Of a DNA stretch of 64,000 nucleotides, positions 24,700-38,799 are shown one piece after another. The notes under the pieces are model-generated. The model was not told the DNA's origin, ran no database searches, and was given only the letters and a program-made list of their open reading frames with translations. Source of the DNA: Macrostomum lignano (taxonomy: Eukaryota); assembly GCA_002269645.1 (NCBI GenBank), contig NIVC01000897.1, positions 310,001 through 374,000 on the forward strand, read 5' to 3'. Made by a program: the position numbers and the translations under genes. Within the stretch, counting starts at the first letter, position 1. Every line of letters begins with the position of its first letter.

Positions 24700-26765
24700 C
24701 TCTGCACCCAAGCGACCCCAAAGGGATCCATTTCTAACTGGTGAGATTCAGGGTTGTTATTTTGCTTTTCTGTTTGACACTGGCTCCAAGTGCGAAGTCC
24801 TAGGATTCAGCACCTGGCACCGACTATGTACCAATGACCCAACCCTGCGTGGCCAAATTGAGCCCTGCCTGCAATGCATTGTGACCTACAATGGAGAACC
24901 TATTCAAATGGCAGGCCAACTAACAATCAAAGTTAAAATTGGAAGTTTCAAGCCTATAGTCAAGTTTCTGCTAGTGAAGGGATTTCATGACAACATCGTG
25001 GGCTTCGAGTTTCTGGAGAAGTTTCTGGCTATTTCTCCTGGCGACTCAAACTGGCTGAAGCCCAATATCCGATTACTAAGCAAGAACTCTTGGCAGGTGT
25101 AGACGGCATGCGGCATTTCTGTTTCTACCTACTGGCCAAGAAGTTCATTTGTCAAACCGACCATGCAGCATTGACCTGGATTCTCCATCGAACTCAGCAA
25201 GTAGGCATCTTTGGATGATGGCTACAGTGGCTAAGTGAATTTGAGTTCAAGATCCAGCATCGCAAATTGAGTCAGCACCAAAATGCCGATGGTCTCTCGA
25301 GATGGCCCAAGGACAACACTGAATGTATGGAGGAGGCTCAGTGAGAGGCAGCTGATGAGGACCAAAGTAAGCAGCCAGCCGCAATAACTGGTGCAGCAGT
25401 GCTGAAGGTCCACAACAGCGGTCACCCTAGCCCTCCACCGAGCAAGAAGCCGTCAACCCACCGTAAGTGACGGAGACCACCAACTAAGCCAAAGGAGTCC
25501 TACGGCGAGGCTTTCGAGACAACGAAATCTATTAGCATTCTACGAACAGCTCGAAGTCCAAGACGATAGATTACTGGTGATATATCTTGATGATGTTGGC
25601 AAGGAAGAAATGGCATGGATCGTCCTTCCGAAGAGTCTCGATGCCATGGTGTTTGCCGACCTCCACGGTTCGCCCTACTGCGGACACATAGGCCGAGACC
25701 TCACCATTGCGAATGTGTGCAAAAGGTTCTGGCGACCTGCCCTGGCCAAGGCAGTGTCCAACTATGTTGCTTCCTGCCAGACCTGCACTCAGAGCAAAGG
25801 ATGGCGACGAATTCCAGCGCATGTACAATTGTTTCTGGTCTGCAAAATCTATGGGCAATGTGCAATCAACATCCTGGGCCCCACTGGTGACCCGACAGAC
25901 TAAGGAAACAAGTACATCTTGACCTCCGTCGACACCATATTGAAATACCCCTTCGCTTTCGCCATGAAGAATCAGCCGGCCAAGACCATTATAATGCTCC
26001 TGCAGGAACAAGTGTTTCCGATCACTGGAATCCTGGCATGGATTCACTCCGATCAAGGAAAACAGTTCACAGGACACAAGTTCCGGCATTTCTGCGAAGT
26101 TTATGGCATCCGGCAGACCACGACACCGCCGTATTCGCCCTGGGCCAATGGACAAGCCGAGTCGTGCAATAAGAACATCAATAAGGTGCTCACTTGCCTC
26201 CTAGAAGACAATCAACAATGGGACAAGTTGCCAGCCGCTTTAACAGCTTTTAGATCAGCAGTCAATCGTACAACCGGGTTCTTGCCGCATTATGTTGTCT
26301 ATGGAGTGCCCTACCACCTATCAGTATCCGATCAATAACATCCTAGACTGACTAGATGTATCAGCTGATCTCCCAGAGTACATTGCCAAGCATCAGCGCA
26401 GACTGGCCGAGACAGAACAAATTGTGCGATAGCGACTGAGGACCAAGATCCAGCGCCGAGAGGAGTACTACGAGAACCGGCTAAAGCCCATGGAGCTGCA
26501 CCCTAGAGACTTGGTCTGCCTGGCCAACCCGAAGCTCGAACTGGGAGAGCTGCCTAAGTTCCACCGGCCATACAAGAGTATGTACAAGGTCGTCAGGAAA
26601 GTCGGAGAAGTAGCATATTGGATCAAGCCAGCGACAGCCTGCCAAGGATGCCCAGCTAAAATGCTAGTTCACTGTAACAATATCATCAAGGTGCCGCCGT
26701 GCCAGACAGAGAGGCCAATGCTGCCCTATGAGTCGAGCGAAGACAGTGAAGTCAACCCAGCCTAA
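24700..26765 (+). pseudogene. pol remnant: protease, C-terminal RNase H, integrase
   Basis: FLFDTGSKC (protease); AEAQYPITKQELLAGV..QTDHAALTWI..NADGLSR (RNase H); HGSPYCGHIG..CQTC (HHCC); IHSDQGKQF..PPYSPWANGQAESCNK (integrase core). Confidence 0.85.
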
Positions 26766-27149
26766 TTTTTAGGAACTACCTATGTTTTTTACTATTATTC
26801 TAACTACTGTTTATGTGATTATTCAGCCCCCCTCTCTCTAACCGCCAACCTGTTTATGTGAGCTATGTGAGGCACCCCATTCTTCCTTTTGATTTTGGAC
26901 CCCTGCCGCGCAGTTATCTATTTTATGACTCTGATTCATGCGCCCACCCCAACTTTGCATGCACCTTAGAGTGCACGAGGGGTGATGGCTCAATTCCAGC
27001 GGTTGAATTTTATTTCCTCTGGTTAGTTTAAAATTCCACCAGTTGGAATATCTTGTACACTATTTAAAGGAGCAATTTTCCAATTTTCACCAAGCCTGTT
27101 TGTTTGGCATTTGATCTGCGAAGACTGCATCATCAACCAAATTCACGCC

Positions 27150-27824
27150 ATGAATTCTGAGTCCAACAACCCGAACCAGAATGCTCCTGCCAAACTGCTG
27201 ACCACCCGGGCATCCTAGCTATCAGCAAGTGAGACCGACACCCTGCAGGCCTACGCCGCCGCTGCAAGCAGCACGGCGCTAGCCTGCAACCAGTTGCGCC
27301 AAGCTCTGAACGTGGCCTATCTTTAAGCGGCTGAAAAGGGCCAGGTCCAGGTGGATGCACCATGGTGGGCCCTGTGCTGCCAAATGTCTCTGCCTTCTAC
27401 TCACAACCTGCTGGATGAGGCCTTGCAATGCACGGAGGAGTGCCTGCACCAAGGAGGACCCCAGCCGGCCCTTGCCTTATTTCTGACTATTGCCTACTAG
27501 GAGGCCGGCCACCTCCAGCAGGGGTGGCTCCCATGCTTGCAACAACTCTGGGATGCCGCCATTGAATGCTGTCCCGAGCGACTACATTTTGATGGCCAGC
27601 AACTCCAATTGCTCGGCGCTGCCTTAGCCCAAACCGAATGCCCCTGCTCGCCGAGGCCAGCTGGCGTTGCAGGGCCGGCGTACCTGAATGACGACTGGAG
27701 ACGTTCGTTGACTATTGCCTGTTCCCCCCGGCGCCTCTGCACCTGTGGTAGGCCGGTCTACCACTGGGGTTCTGGCAGCAGTTGGCGACCACACCACACC
27801 TCCCTCCGGAGGAGTGGTATTTGA
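27150..27824 (+). pseudogene. Extra retrotransposon ORF (224 codons, 3 in-frame stops) ending inside the 3' LTR
   Basis: One frame from ATG 27150 to TGA 27822-27824, interrupted only by TAG 27216, TAA 27324 and TAG 27498; no frameshift. Confidence 0.6.
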
Positions 27825-28791
27825 TGTCACCAGTGGCTCCAATAGACAATAGTTTTGTTTTCCCTTTGTTGCTCCTACCTCTGTTCCCTCTGTTGCTCCT
27901 TCCTTTGTTTTTGCCTTGTTTTACTATGCTCCCCCCGTGGGTTTTTGCCTCTTTCCAACTTGTGCTCGCCCCTGGTGCTTCCCCTTGTGTCCTACCCCTT
28001 GTTTTTAGTAAATTTTTATTGTATAAAAATCTTTGCCTGCAGTACTTTTAGTTTTCAGGCAATTTCCTCTCTTAGCTCCCCCCTAATTCCTTTCTAATAG
28101 TTTACTAGCTCAATCAATAGCATTTTAACTTTAGTTCGTCAGTCGACTCTTGGCACACCAAATCACCCTGTCGTAAGGAGCCTTTTATTAATTTATATTA
28201 CCAATAACTCCTAATAAGCTTGTTTTATTATTTGTTTATCTTATGTGAATTAATATTAATAACAACTAGCAATGGCCAACATTATTAATTTATTCAGTTG
28301 TTCCGAATTGAAGCTTATAGTCTTTATTAAGTCATTTGCCCGCAGGGTATAAAATAACCAATCAGTCTCATCTCAAAGAAAGCTCTGAGACCCTTAACAT
28401 TCTGTAATATGAAATTACGGTAGTGGCAGCGCTACTTTACTACTGATAGTAACAAACCAAGCATATTGACAATTTACGAATTCTACGGTGTCTGAGAACC
28501 CAATTTGAATGACCGTGCCACAAAAGACTGCTCGACTGCGATTACAACTACCCTCCCCCCGGAATTGAGGACCCTGGCAGACAGAGTAACCAAGGAGAAG
28601 AATCAGTGCATCAACTTGAGAAATTTTCTGGCTTTATAAGTGTCGAGACAATGCAGGCGGCAATTCAAACGTGGAATCTGCCCCACCTCACTAGTGTTGA
28701 CCAACAACGCAAACTGCTGATTCAAAATCAAAATTATAAATCTTATAAGTCATATAAGTCAAAATTATAAATCTTCTCCGCCCCCACCTCA
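27744..28791 (+). repeat. 3' LTR (1048 bp)
   Basis: Carries ~240 bp (about 28024-28265) and ~35 bp of sequence absent from the 5' LTR, plus many substitutions. Confidence 0.9.
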
Positions 28792-31700
28792 CTTACTTAC
28801 TGCTTTAAGGTAAGCATGCAGTCACAGACAAAGTTTTAGAGAAATTAAAAACTATAGGTATTATTTGTTTTTACTTAATATAGGCTATATATGTTGATAA
28901 ATAATACTTATTGGCATATAAGTCAGTTTTGCTACCATTTCTTTTTTATTCAAGGCTACCACAAACCACGACAATGCTTAGATTAATTTACACAAATAAC
29001 CACTTTATACTTTTGAATGCAAACCTTTTCAAAGGAGTGGTTTTGGTCATTGATCCTTTTCAAGTGCATAGGGACATGCATTTCTTTTTCTAAGCCAATT
29101 TTAAGTAAGTTCTAACTTGAAAATAATATACAATATGGCTAGGTTTTTTCAAGGTTAGAAATCAAGTTGCCAGCTGGCCTTTGGGGCTCAAAATCTAGTT
29201 GCCAATGACTAGGCCTAGTCCAACCAATTTTTGGTTGCCCATTGGCAACTAGCCAAATTCTTGAGGATGTATATTTTCAAGGCTATGTTGGAAAAGCAAA
29301 ATTAGTTCTTTCTACTCTAAGATTGCTATCTATGCTGCAATTAATAACAAACTAATAATTCCATCATATCAATTTATATGGCACTTTTATTACATTTACA
29401 AAATAATTTTTTGAAATTGGTAGGCCTAACTAACATGGAGAAAATAAAGTTGCTAGATTAGCCTCTAATGCCTAAAACCCAGTTGCTAATGAAATTTTCA
29501 AGGGGCCAAAAAACCTCATATGGCATGGCCCAAAAACCTAGCAGAAGGCCTATGGGATTGCAGAGTCAGCTTTGGGAATCAAAGTAAGATATATGCTCAT
29601 ATGGGATAGTGTAGTGCAACACTACTATTGTCAACTGTTTTTTAATGCTATATTGCTAATAAATAGATGCATTCGATAAAACAGATATTGTAAAATTCAA
29701 GTTAGTCACTAGTTAGCTTTAGACTATAATTGCAGCATGATATAGCTAGTAACTAAAATAATATGAAGATCATTTATTTATGAAAAAAATATTTATAAAA
29801 TCCGTCGAAGCAACATGTTTTGTAAGTTATATCAAAAGAAGAGCTTTGTATCTGCTTCCAATAAAAAGCTACCACCATTAAAGTGAAAACTTCCTATCTT
29901 GCTAGTGCATTTTCCCGTGAAAATCTGCCTTTAATAAATTTTCCAAGAAACGAAGTGTCCCGTCCTTCTTCTTCTGTGGTCCTTGTATAAGTCATGTATT
30001 AAAAATTTAATAATAACTTAAGAGTAGGATACATGCAGATTTGAAGTTTTCTAGTTTTGTCAAAAAATATGTAATATTATATCTGCATATCTAATTTAAA
30101 AGTAAAAAATTTTGTTTTTACTGTATGTCTGCTGTATTTGTTTTACAGCATTTCTTTAGTATTTCTCTTTTATTGTACTTTCTACTGTATGTATTTATGT
30201 ATAATGTTGCTTAATTATTTTATAATGTAGTTTTGTTTTAATGAACAATTAAATCATATATATAATAAATTGTCAATGATTCGCTCGTAAGAGTTGGCCG
30301 CTCTGATTTGGCACTTTCGGCTGAGAATTCAAAACAGGCTCCTCGGTATTTACATTTCATTACAAATATAGTATTTAAAAGAGCAGCTAAAATTTTTATT
30401 CGAATCTTCGAACGAACTTTTAAATGGAGCCAACTGAAACGAAAAGTATTTAAATAAGGAATTATAAAACGAGTACCAGTTGTATGAAATTGATGGAGAG
30501 CAATTCATCCAGTAGGTGATTAAAATGAGTATTTTTTCACGTATATTTCCGCGGTATTGAGTATATTTCCAAGATTTTTAATCCCAATCTTTCTGCGCGC
30601 GCACTCGGGTTTTGTCGTTGGCTGGTGGCCAAGGATCAGGATATCAGTCTTTGCAGCCGTCGTCCTGATTTCACTGTTGGGTTGGCGGTGTACCCATAGG
30701 CTTGGGCTAGTAGCATCCAATAAGGCTATTTCGCTGGGCCCTGAGTCCTTACCCCAATCTGGGCCTCTTGGGCTTTATGCCCCGGTAGTATGGCCCCTTC
30801 TATGTCCAGCGGCAGCCCCTCCCCGGGCTGCAATCCGTGGTAAGCATACACTTTCCACCCTCGTTTCACAACAACAACAAAATTATTATATAAGTATTAT
30901 TCAGTCAATATCAAATTTCGAATGTAAAGATTAGCTGGAGTAATCAAAAATGTTTGGACTGTTTTGTTGCTGACTGGCAGACAGGGTCTCAGCCCCCAGA
31001 CCGCAGCCAACTGCCTACTAGCCTCCCGCCTGTTTTGCGAGCGCGTGTGGAAGAGCTATATGATGCAGATCGTATAGTCTAGCGTGCCTCCGCCGATCTA
31101 TGATTTATCCTCCAATCCGAAATACCTGAAGCTGTGTGCGTACATATAGCGAGTGAGATCTGTTAGCCTCAGCAGATAATTAAATCGTCGATGGTCGTGT
31201 CCTCGTCACTGCTGCCTACTTTACTTTTGCTTGGCCTTTGGTTGATAAACCCTGCTTCCTCGCGCTCCATGTACTGCATGGGTTTGGATATCTTGGCCCG
31301 ACCATCCTTCGTGGATTGCACAAGGCTCCTCATGCTGTGCACTATTTACATTAAAACCATCGTATACTGAAGTGACTGCTGGCTTTGCTGGCTATATGCT
31401 GACAGACGGTAACAGGTACACCGTCGCGGTAATATTTACACAGGTGCAAGCAGTAACAAACAATAGTCGGTCTAGGCTAAGCCGCGTACTTGTCTACTCA
31501 TATTACTCTGAGTAGTTCTTAAACTATAATTTACATTTTATAACCATGCACTGATTTTGTGACAAGTGCTCCTAGCTCGGAAGTAGACAATTAGTGCACG
31601 AAACTGATATTACAAAATAATACATTTATAGATGGACTGACGCACTACGTTGACTGCAGATCATGTATAGATCAAGTGAAGTGGATCCCTGCAAAGTAAA

Positions 31701-33237
31701 TATACTCGTATATGAGTTTTCTGCATCTATAATAAGCGCCAAGTGACGCAGCCACTGCTTTTATATTATTCCCGTAACTATAATTAATGCAGCATAAGGC
31801 ACAAATTCATATATAAATGGCATATTAACAAGATCAAAACTATAATGTAGTTAGAGTCCACATCCGTCAATTGCTAAGCTGCCCGACCGTGTCAATCACT
31901 ATATATCAGTCAGTTCCCTGAATAGGGTAATACGGCCGGTTACTAGCTCAAATCAGCTAGAATGACAGATCTATCTAATGCCAGAAATGCAATGAAATGC
32001 ATGAAATGCCAGATTAAATATACAGATAGATAAATACAGTGAAGAGAGTCGACTAAATCAGTGCTGATTGAAAATGCTGCATATGAAGGTCTAAAAATAG
32101 CTAGAAACTGGGGTACGTGTTAAGTACTAGCTTGTACATTTTCATCCCTGTGTCAGAGCGACACTGATAAACTAATCTGTTTTCAGCCTGATTTAAACTC
32201 AAAATAGATTTCTCTGGGGCAATCGGTTCTATCTAAAGGCTCGTTTTATCTTGGGGTAAAATAAAATTCAAACCTGATTGATCCGAATTGCGCACTCAAT
32301 TTCTAGTGAAATCGAATTCTAATAATCAGTCTGAAAAAAACACATGTAGTATTTTTTGCACCATATAACTTTTTCCTCAACCGAATTTCCTCATACCCAA
32401 ATCCCATTGTGGGCGATAGGCAAACAGTTGCAAAATCATGCAGCTCTCAATAATTACTTTTTTCAAACTTTTCTTGAAATTATGAGTGAAACCCATTCTT
32501 ATACTTCATCTGGAATTCTATGTTCATCAAGTGAGACATTGGGAATTCAGTGCCATAAAACTGAGAATTTCCAATGTCGCCAATGCAGCAAAAACTAGTA
32601 GACAGCACTTTCTGTATCTTCTAATTTACGAGCTATATGTACTTGTCCATGACTTTTATCAGTCAAAAGCAACTGCACCTACATGTAAAATGCCCAGCTG
32701 AGAACGGACCTCCCGCCCACTGCATGGGTGACGCCCACACACTGCAATGAATGCCGGACGCATGCGACGATATTGGCGAGCACATTAAAGGCATAAAACG
32801 AAAAAGAGAGACAGTCAGTTATTGCAGAGGCTGCAGGCACCAGGTGGGCGTTCGACATCTAAAACTGTGATTTTTTTCTGACCAAAATTTGTTTTGTGCA
32901 AATATGCACATGTATGCTCACCAAGGCTTTTGGACAGGCCCGGGTAGGGAAGCTCAGGTCACGCAAATCCCACAGCTTATTTCCCAGATCCTCGGCCCGC
33001 CGTGCATCAGAGGCTCGCTGCTGCTCCAGGTGAACCAGGTGGGTCTCCCGCTTCCCCGCCTACGCGGCTGAAACCAACTCACAGCTCCCAAAGCAGAACC
33101 GGCTGTGCAGACTCGCCAGCACCAGCAATGACTTCTCACTCAGCACAGATGCGAGAAAAATTGCATATAATTTTAGCGTTTAAATTAATTAGCCAAGACA
33201 GCTATCTTATCTATTTTAGCACCTGCGTTCTGATAAG

Positions 33238-33672
<435 letters not shown>

Positions 33673-34653
33673 CGTTAATCTCAGCTCTGCAGAGCAGAAC
33701 AGGACATCCCTGTCTGTCTTGGCCCGCCTGTTTTACTCATCACTCTGCTTTCGAATTCTTTCTTCGAGGATTCTTTGCCAAGCCGAGCAGTCTGAAGCTT
33801 CACCCGTGACGAAACTCGACTTGGCAACCGCCGTCCCCCATCGCAATGTCGGCCAGTCTGGGGATTTCCGTGAGAGGTAAGGGAAAAGAAAGCCCTTTTG
33901 ATGCGGAGAAGAGGCAGACAGAAGGGGGAAGAGTGGTGCGGAGATGGGAGTAAACTTGGCCACTGGGAATTAATATGATGAGAAAATGCGATGAGCAGCT
34001 CGTAGAGGTAAGCCAGAGGATGGAGCCGCCGGATTTGACAGAATCCCGAGTAGGAAGGGGCTAAAATTAGCTGTGTCCCCCTCTTTGTCCCCTCGCTGCC
34101 CCCCACCCAGTTGCTCTGGTCGACAGGCCGTTCGACGCTTGAATATCATGCGATCTGACAGGTCGCTGGGCCGCTACGGCGCCCCATGCAGATTTTCTCC
34201 TCTCCGGGAGGAATGCGCGCTTGAGTAGCCAAGGAAACTTTTTTATCAGCCCCAGCTCACGACGCCAACAACACGGAAACGCGTGGGTGGATAGCGGAGC
34301 TGAAGCTATTAATAGCCTTCTCCGTTGCGAGGGAGACTAATTTTAGAATGCGGCCAGGCCAGCCAAGGAGGCTGAAGTGGTTGATGGAGCTACAGTCGCG
34401 GCGGTGGAGCATTGTTTGCACTGTGCAGGGCTCCGAGCGTCGCTCTTGTTTGTACATTTTTATCTTTGGTGCTTAAATTCTTCCTTGTTGAATAGTCAGA
34501 CCGAATCTCTGCCTCTTTAACAGTTATTCATATAGCTTGAGCAGTGCCAGTTCTTTTCTTAAAAAAAAGAAGAATATTAGCTTCAGAGGCAGAATTTTAC
34601 ATTCAATTGTCTCTGACAGAATTGGGAAACTTGCCTGTCTCTTTTGTCTGTGT

Positions 34654-34667
34654 GTCTCCATGGCAAC
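34654..34667. promoter_or_regulatory. RFX X-box-like motif GTCTCCATGGCAAC
   Basis: Matches the 14-bp X-box consensus; function untested. Confidence 0.3.
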
Positions 34668-35054
34668 CTGACTCTGGCTTCTCTTATTGAGATTGGGCTG
34701 GAGTCCGTGCCCCTCTGGTTCCATCCCACTGTACCTTTTCTCCCTGCAGCGGCCGGCAATTGACTTGGCAGAGTAAGATTTGAGTGTATCCGGTGTGCGT
34801 CATCACTGGCTTAGCGCTGCGAGCATGATGAAAGGCAATCTGTGTGTTAGGGCGGATTTTACTTCCCACTTTCATATCGCTCATTATGCTCGGGACAATC
34901 AAGGCTATATGGTTCTGCATCACCGATCGGCTTGCATGCGGCCATTGTGTAAGCATCTGTGGCAGTAAAACCTCACTGAAATCTGCTAATTCCATAATTC
35001 TCTACTTGTGAATAGAATTATCTTAGAGTATTCTTTAATAATATCGTTAATGAA

Positions 35055-36358
35055 ATCATAGATGATCGGATCTATAATCATTGATCATAGATGGTTAGAT
35101 CTATTATCATGCATCATAGATGATTAGATCTGTTATCATGCATCATAGATGATTAGGTCTGTTATCATGCATCATAGATGATTAGATCTGTTATCATGCA
35201 TCATAGATGATTAGGTCTGTTATCATGCATCATAGATGATTAGATCTGTTATCATGCATCATAGATGATTAGATCTATTATCATGCATCATAGATGATTA
35301 GATCTATTATCATGCATCATAGATGATTAGATCTATTATCATGCATCATAGATGATTAGATCTATTATCATGCATCATAGATGATTAGATCTGTTATCAT
35401 GCATCATAGATGATTAGATCTGTTATCATGCATCATAGATGATTAGATCTGTTATCATGCATCATAGATGATTAGATCTGTTATCATGCATCATAGATGA
35501 TTAGATCTGTTATCATGCATCATAGATGATTAGATCTGTTATCATGCATCATAGATGATTAGATCTGTTATCATGCATCATAGATGATTAGATCTGTTAT
35601 CATGCATCATAGATGATTAGATCTGTTACCATGCATCATAGATGATTAGGTCTGTATCATGCATCAAAGATGATTATACCTATTATAATGCATCATAGAT
35701 GATTAGATCTATTATCATGCATCATAGATGATTAGATCTGTTATCATGCATCATAAATGATTAGATCTATTATCATGCATCATAGATGATTAGATCTATT
35801 ATCATGCATCATAGATGATTAGATCTGTTATCATGCATCATAGATGATTAGATCTATTATCATGCATCAAAGATGATTAGATCTATTATCATGCATCATA
35901 GATGATCGGATCTATTATCATGCATCATAGATGATCGGATCAATTATCATGCATCATAGATGATTAGATCTGTTATCATGCATCATAGATCATTAGATCT
36001 ATTATCATGCATCATAGATTATTAGATCTATTATCATGCATCATAGATGATCGGATCTATTATCATGCATCATAGATGATCGGATCTATTATCATGCATC
36101 ATAGATGATTGGATCTATTATCATGCATCATAGATGATTGGATCTACTATCATGCATCATAGATGATTGGATCTATTATCATGCATCATAGATGATCGGA
36201 TCTATTATCATGCATCATAGATGATTGGATCTATTATCATGCATCATAGATGATTGGATCTACTATCATGCATCATAGATGATTGGATCTACTATCATGC
36301 ATCATAGATGATTGGATCTGTTATCATGCGTCATAGATGATTGGATGATTGGATCTAT
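35055..36358. repeat. 29-bp tandem array (GATGATTAGATCTGTTATCATGCATCATA)
   Basis: Read directly. Confidence 0.95.
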
Positions 36359-37755
36359 ATCCTAGTGACTGGCTTAGTTCTAACACTGATATAATTGAGT
36401 TTTGAGAAGCTTTTCTCATTAAGTGCAATGCGTTAAAACTGGCCAAATTTAGACGATGAAAGCGTCTTTTCTTTAAAAAAAACAAATTTATACTATTGAG
36501 CCAATAAGCCTTCTAGAAGCAGCAAAAATATCCAACAAAACGGTTGGTAGGCTGTCTGAGTACTGGAACATGCTGGAAGAAACATATCATTAGTCATGCA
36601 GCCACTCTCTAATTTTAAACAGCTCTACTCATACCGCCATTCTCAGCAGCTGGCTACACGCCTACTCAGGTTTCACCTCATCGGTTTAGATGAAGCGAAT
36701 TTTAAATAGCTGGTCTCAAGACGCCCACGCTTTCTTTAATTCTGAACTGAAACTGACACCCACCCTTAACAAAGCGGCCTGGTGTCTCAGCATCCGCGAA
36801 GTTCATCTTGAGCACTTCAATTTTGCTGCTGGTGCCGCACTAAAAATAGGCCTAAGCAACCGCCTACTCATGTGTGTCAGGTAAATGAGCCAATGCAGCT
36901 ATAGCATGTGAGAAATTGAATGAAACTCTTTGCTTCTTTTTACATGCATAGCCAAATGCCCAAATTTTATTGAAAGTCCAATTAGCGATATAGAAATGCA
37001 TTGTGCATGCAGCTTTCAAGCAGGCAGTCAATTATAATCAGCTTTATCGAAGGTGGACCTGCAAGTGCATCAAGTTAATGGAGCAAAGCGGTCCATTCAT
37101 TCTCATTGATTGGAACGTCTAATTATAAATAGAATTTTGCTAGATTGATAAAGTAATTTTCTCTACATATCGGCAGATAGTAAAAAATTAACAAGGAGCT
37201 TGAAAAGCTACATGCAGTCTAATAATGAAGATAGATATGCAGGTTTATCGACTTCTTTCTGAAAAGAAAACTATTCAGAAAGACTAATTGTTGCGATTTC
37301 AATAAGCCGGTTTACAACGGCGCTGAAATTGGTTTGGAAACTGCATTTCCTTCGCAACCAAGTTTCCAGCTAATATTAAGACGTCATTTTACAGCAGCGG
37401 CACCGATGAAAGATCAAAGGCTTTGGGAAGCCGCGCGGATCAATCCGTCCAGTTTCCCTCCCCTAAATTTGCATTGGCGCCTGACAAATTTGCATAGTGC
37501 GACACCCAGCCAGCTTCCTAATTGAACTGAAGGACTCGACTGTGGCTGAGTCATGAGCTAAAAATAGACCGGCATAATAGAGAGCCTCCTCGGGGTCAAT
37601 TGAGGACACATACATGTACTGTAAGAGCAATGAAGCCAGATGCATGACGATGGCTTGGCTTCCGCCAGCTGTGTTTTCTCATTGTCAAGTCTGAATGCCT
37701 GAATGAAGGAACCCGCATGCGACTACATGAGCAGTCCGTGCGGTTATGGCATCAG

Positions 37756-37930
<175 letters not shown>

Positions 37931-38227
37931 GCTCTTTCTCGCTATCTACCATCTATTGCCAGGACCTGCACCGGAGCGGTTACGAAAATTAGATTTCTCG
38001 GTAGTTGCTCGCACTCTTTTGCACTACTTGAGTAGTCTGATTTTCGAACGGCAGGCTGGTTCCAGCAGGTAGTTCCTCTGGATAAAAGCGCTTACCGCGC
38101 CCATTGGCTTTCCAGCTGCCTTAATCGTTTCCGGTGATCTTGTGTGCGTGCATTCAGCTTAATTGGCTGCGGCAAGCAAGCTCGAAAGAGCTCGCTTCGC
38201 TCGCTCTTTCTCGCTATCTATCTATCC

Positions 38228-38272
<45 letters not shown>

Positions 38273-38722
38273 CCTATCTATCTAACGCCGATGGCGATGG
38301 CTGCGCATTTCCATGAAAGTAGAAATTATTTACATTCTGAAATCTAAACAAGTTCAGTTTCGGTTGCCCTTTTCACTAAATTTTCGTCTTTAGTGCATTG
38401 GAACGCAAAAGTTCCCTGGTAATAAAAGGTTTCAATTATAAAATAACTTTTGTTGACTCCCCAAAAATAGTGGGCATATCTTTGCAGAAATCATCTCGTA
38501 AAGTGAGAGCGTCAGGAAAGGCCAATGCAGCCATTAAACAGTTTTCTCTTGTATTGCAGTTTCCAACTACTGTTAAGCCAACCTACAGCCTCTATGCAGA
38601 TTTCAGTCATTGCTGCAGGCCATCCGGTTCCTCTCCCTCTCTACCAATGGGCCTTGGCCTTTCGGCGCTCGCTCTCATGCCGCTGCGGTGCCAACCCCAA
38701 GCCCGCCTTCCATCTGAAAAGC

Positions 38723-38730
38723 TATTTAAA
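38723..38730 (+). promoter_or_regulatory. Candidate TATA box (TATTTAAA) of the EGF-ligand gene
   Basis: 70 nt upstream of ATG 38800; CCAAT motifs near 38522 and 38644. Confidence 0.4.
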
Positions 38731-38799
38731 GGGCTGGCCCAGTCCCGTTTGACCCGCCACCTCTGAGCTGTCCGTCCTGCCTTGTCTCAACTATTAGCC

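Larger units (their letters stand above)
22437..28791 (+). mobile_element. Old, non-autonomous Ty3/Gypsy LTR retrotransposon (gag, protease, partial RNase H, integrase, extra ORF; RT deleted)
   Basis: TG...CA LTRs at 22437-23179 and 27744-28791, 4-bp target duplication CTTA on both sides, PBS at 23181, and recognisable gag/pol motifs with many stops and frameshifts. Confidence 0.92.

Noticed and set aside
29150-29300. Clustered GTTGCC/GGCAAC motifs as an X-box or MITE
   Set aside because: The 4-nt spacer is outside the X-box consensus and no TIR pair or TSD could be defined.
30500-31350. GC-balanced island that might be a decayed gene or TE
   Set aside because: All frames are interrupted and no motif was recognised.
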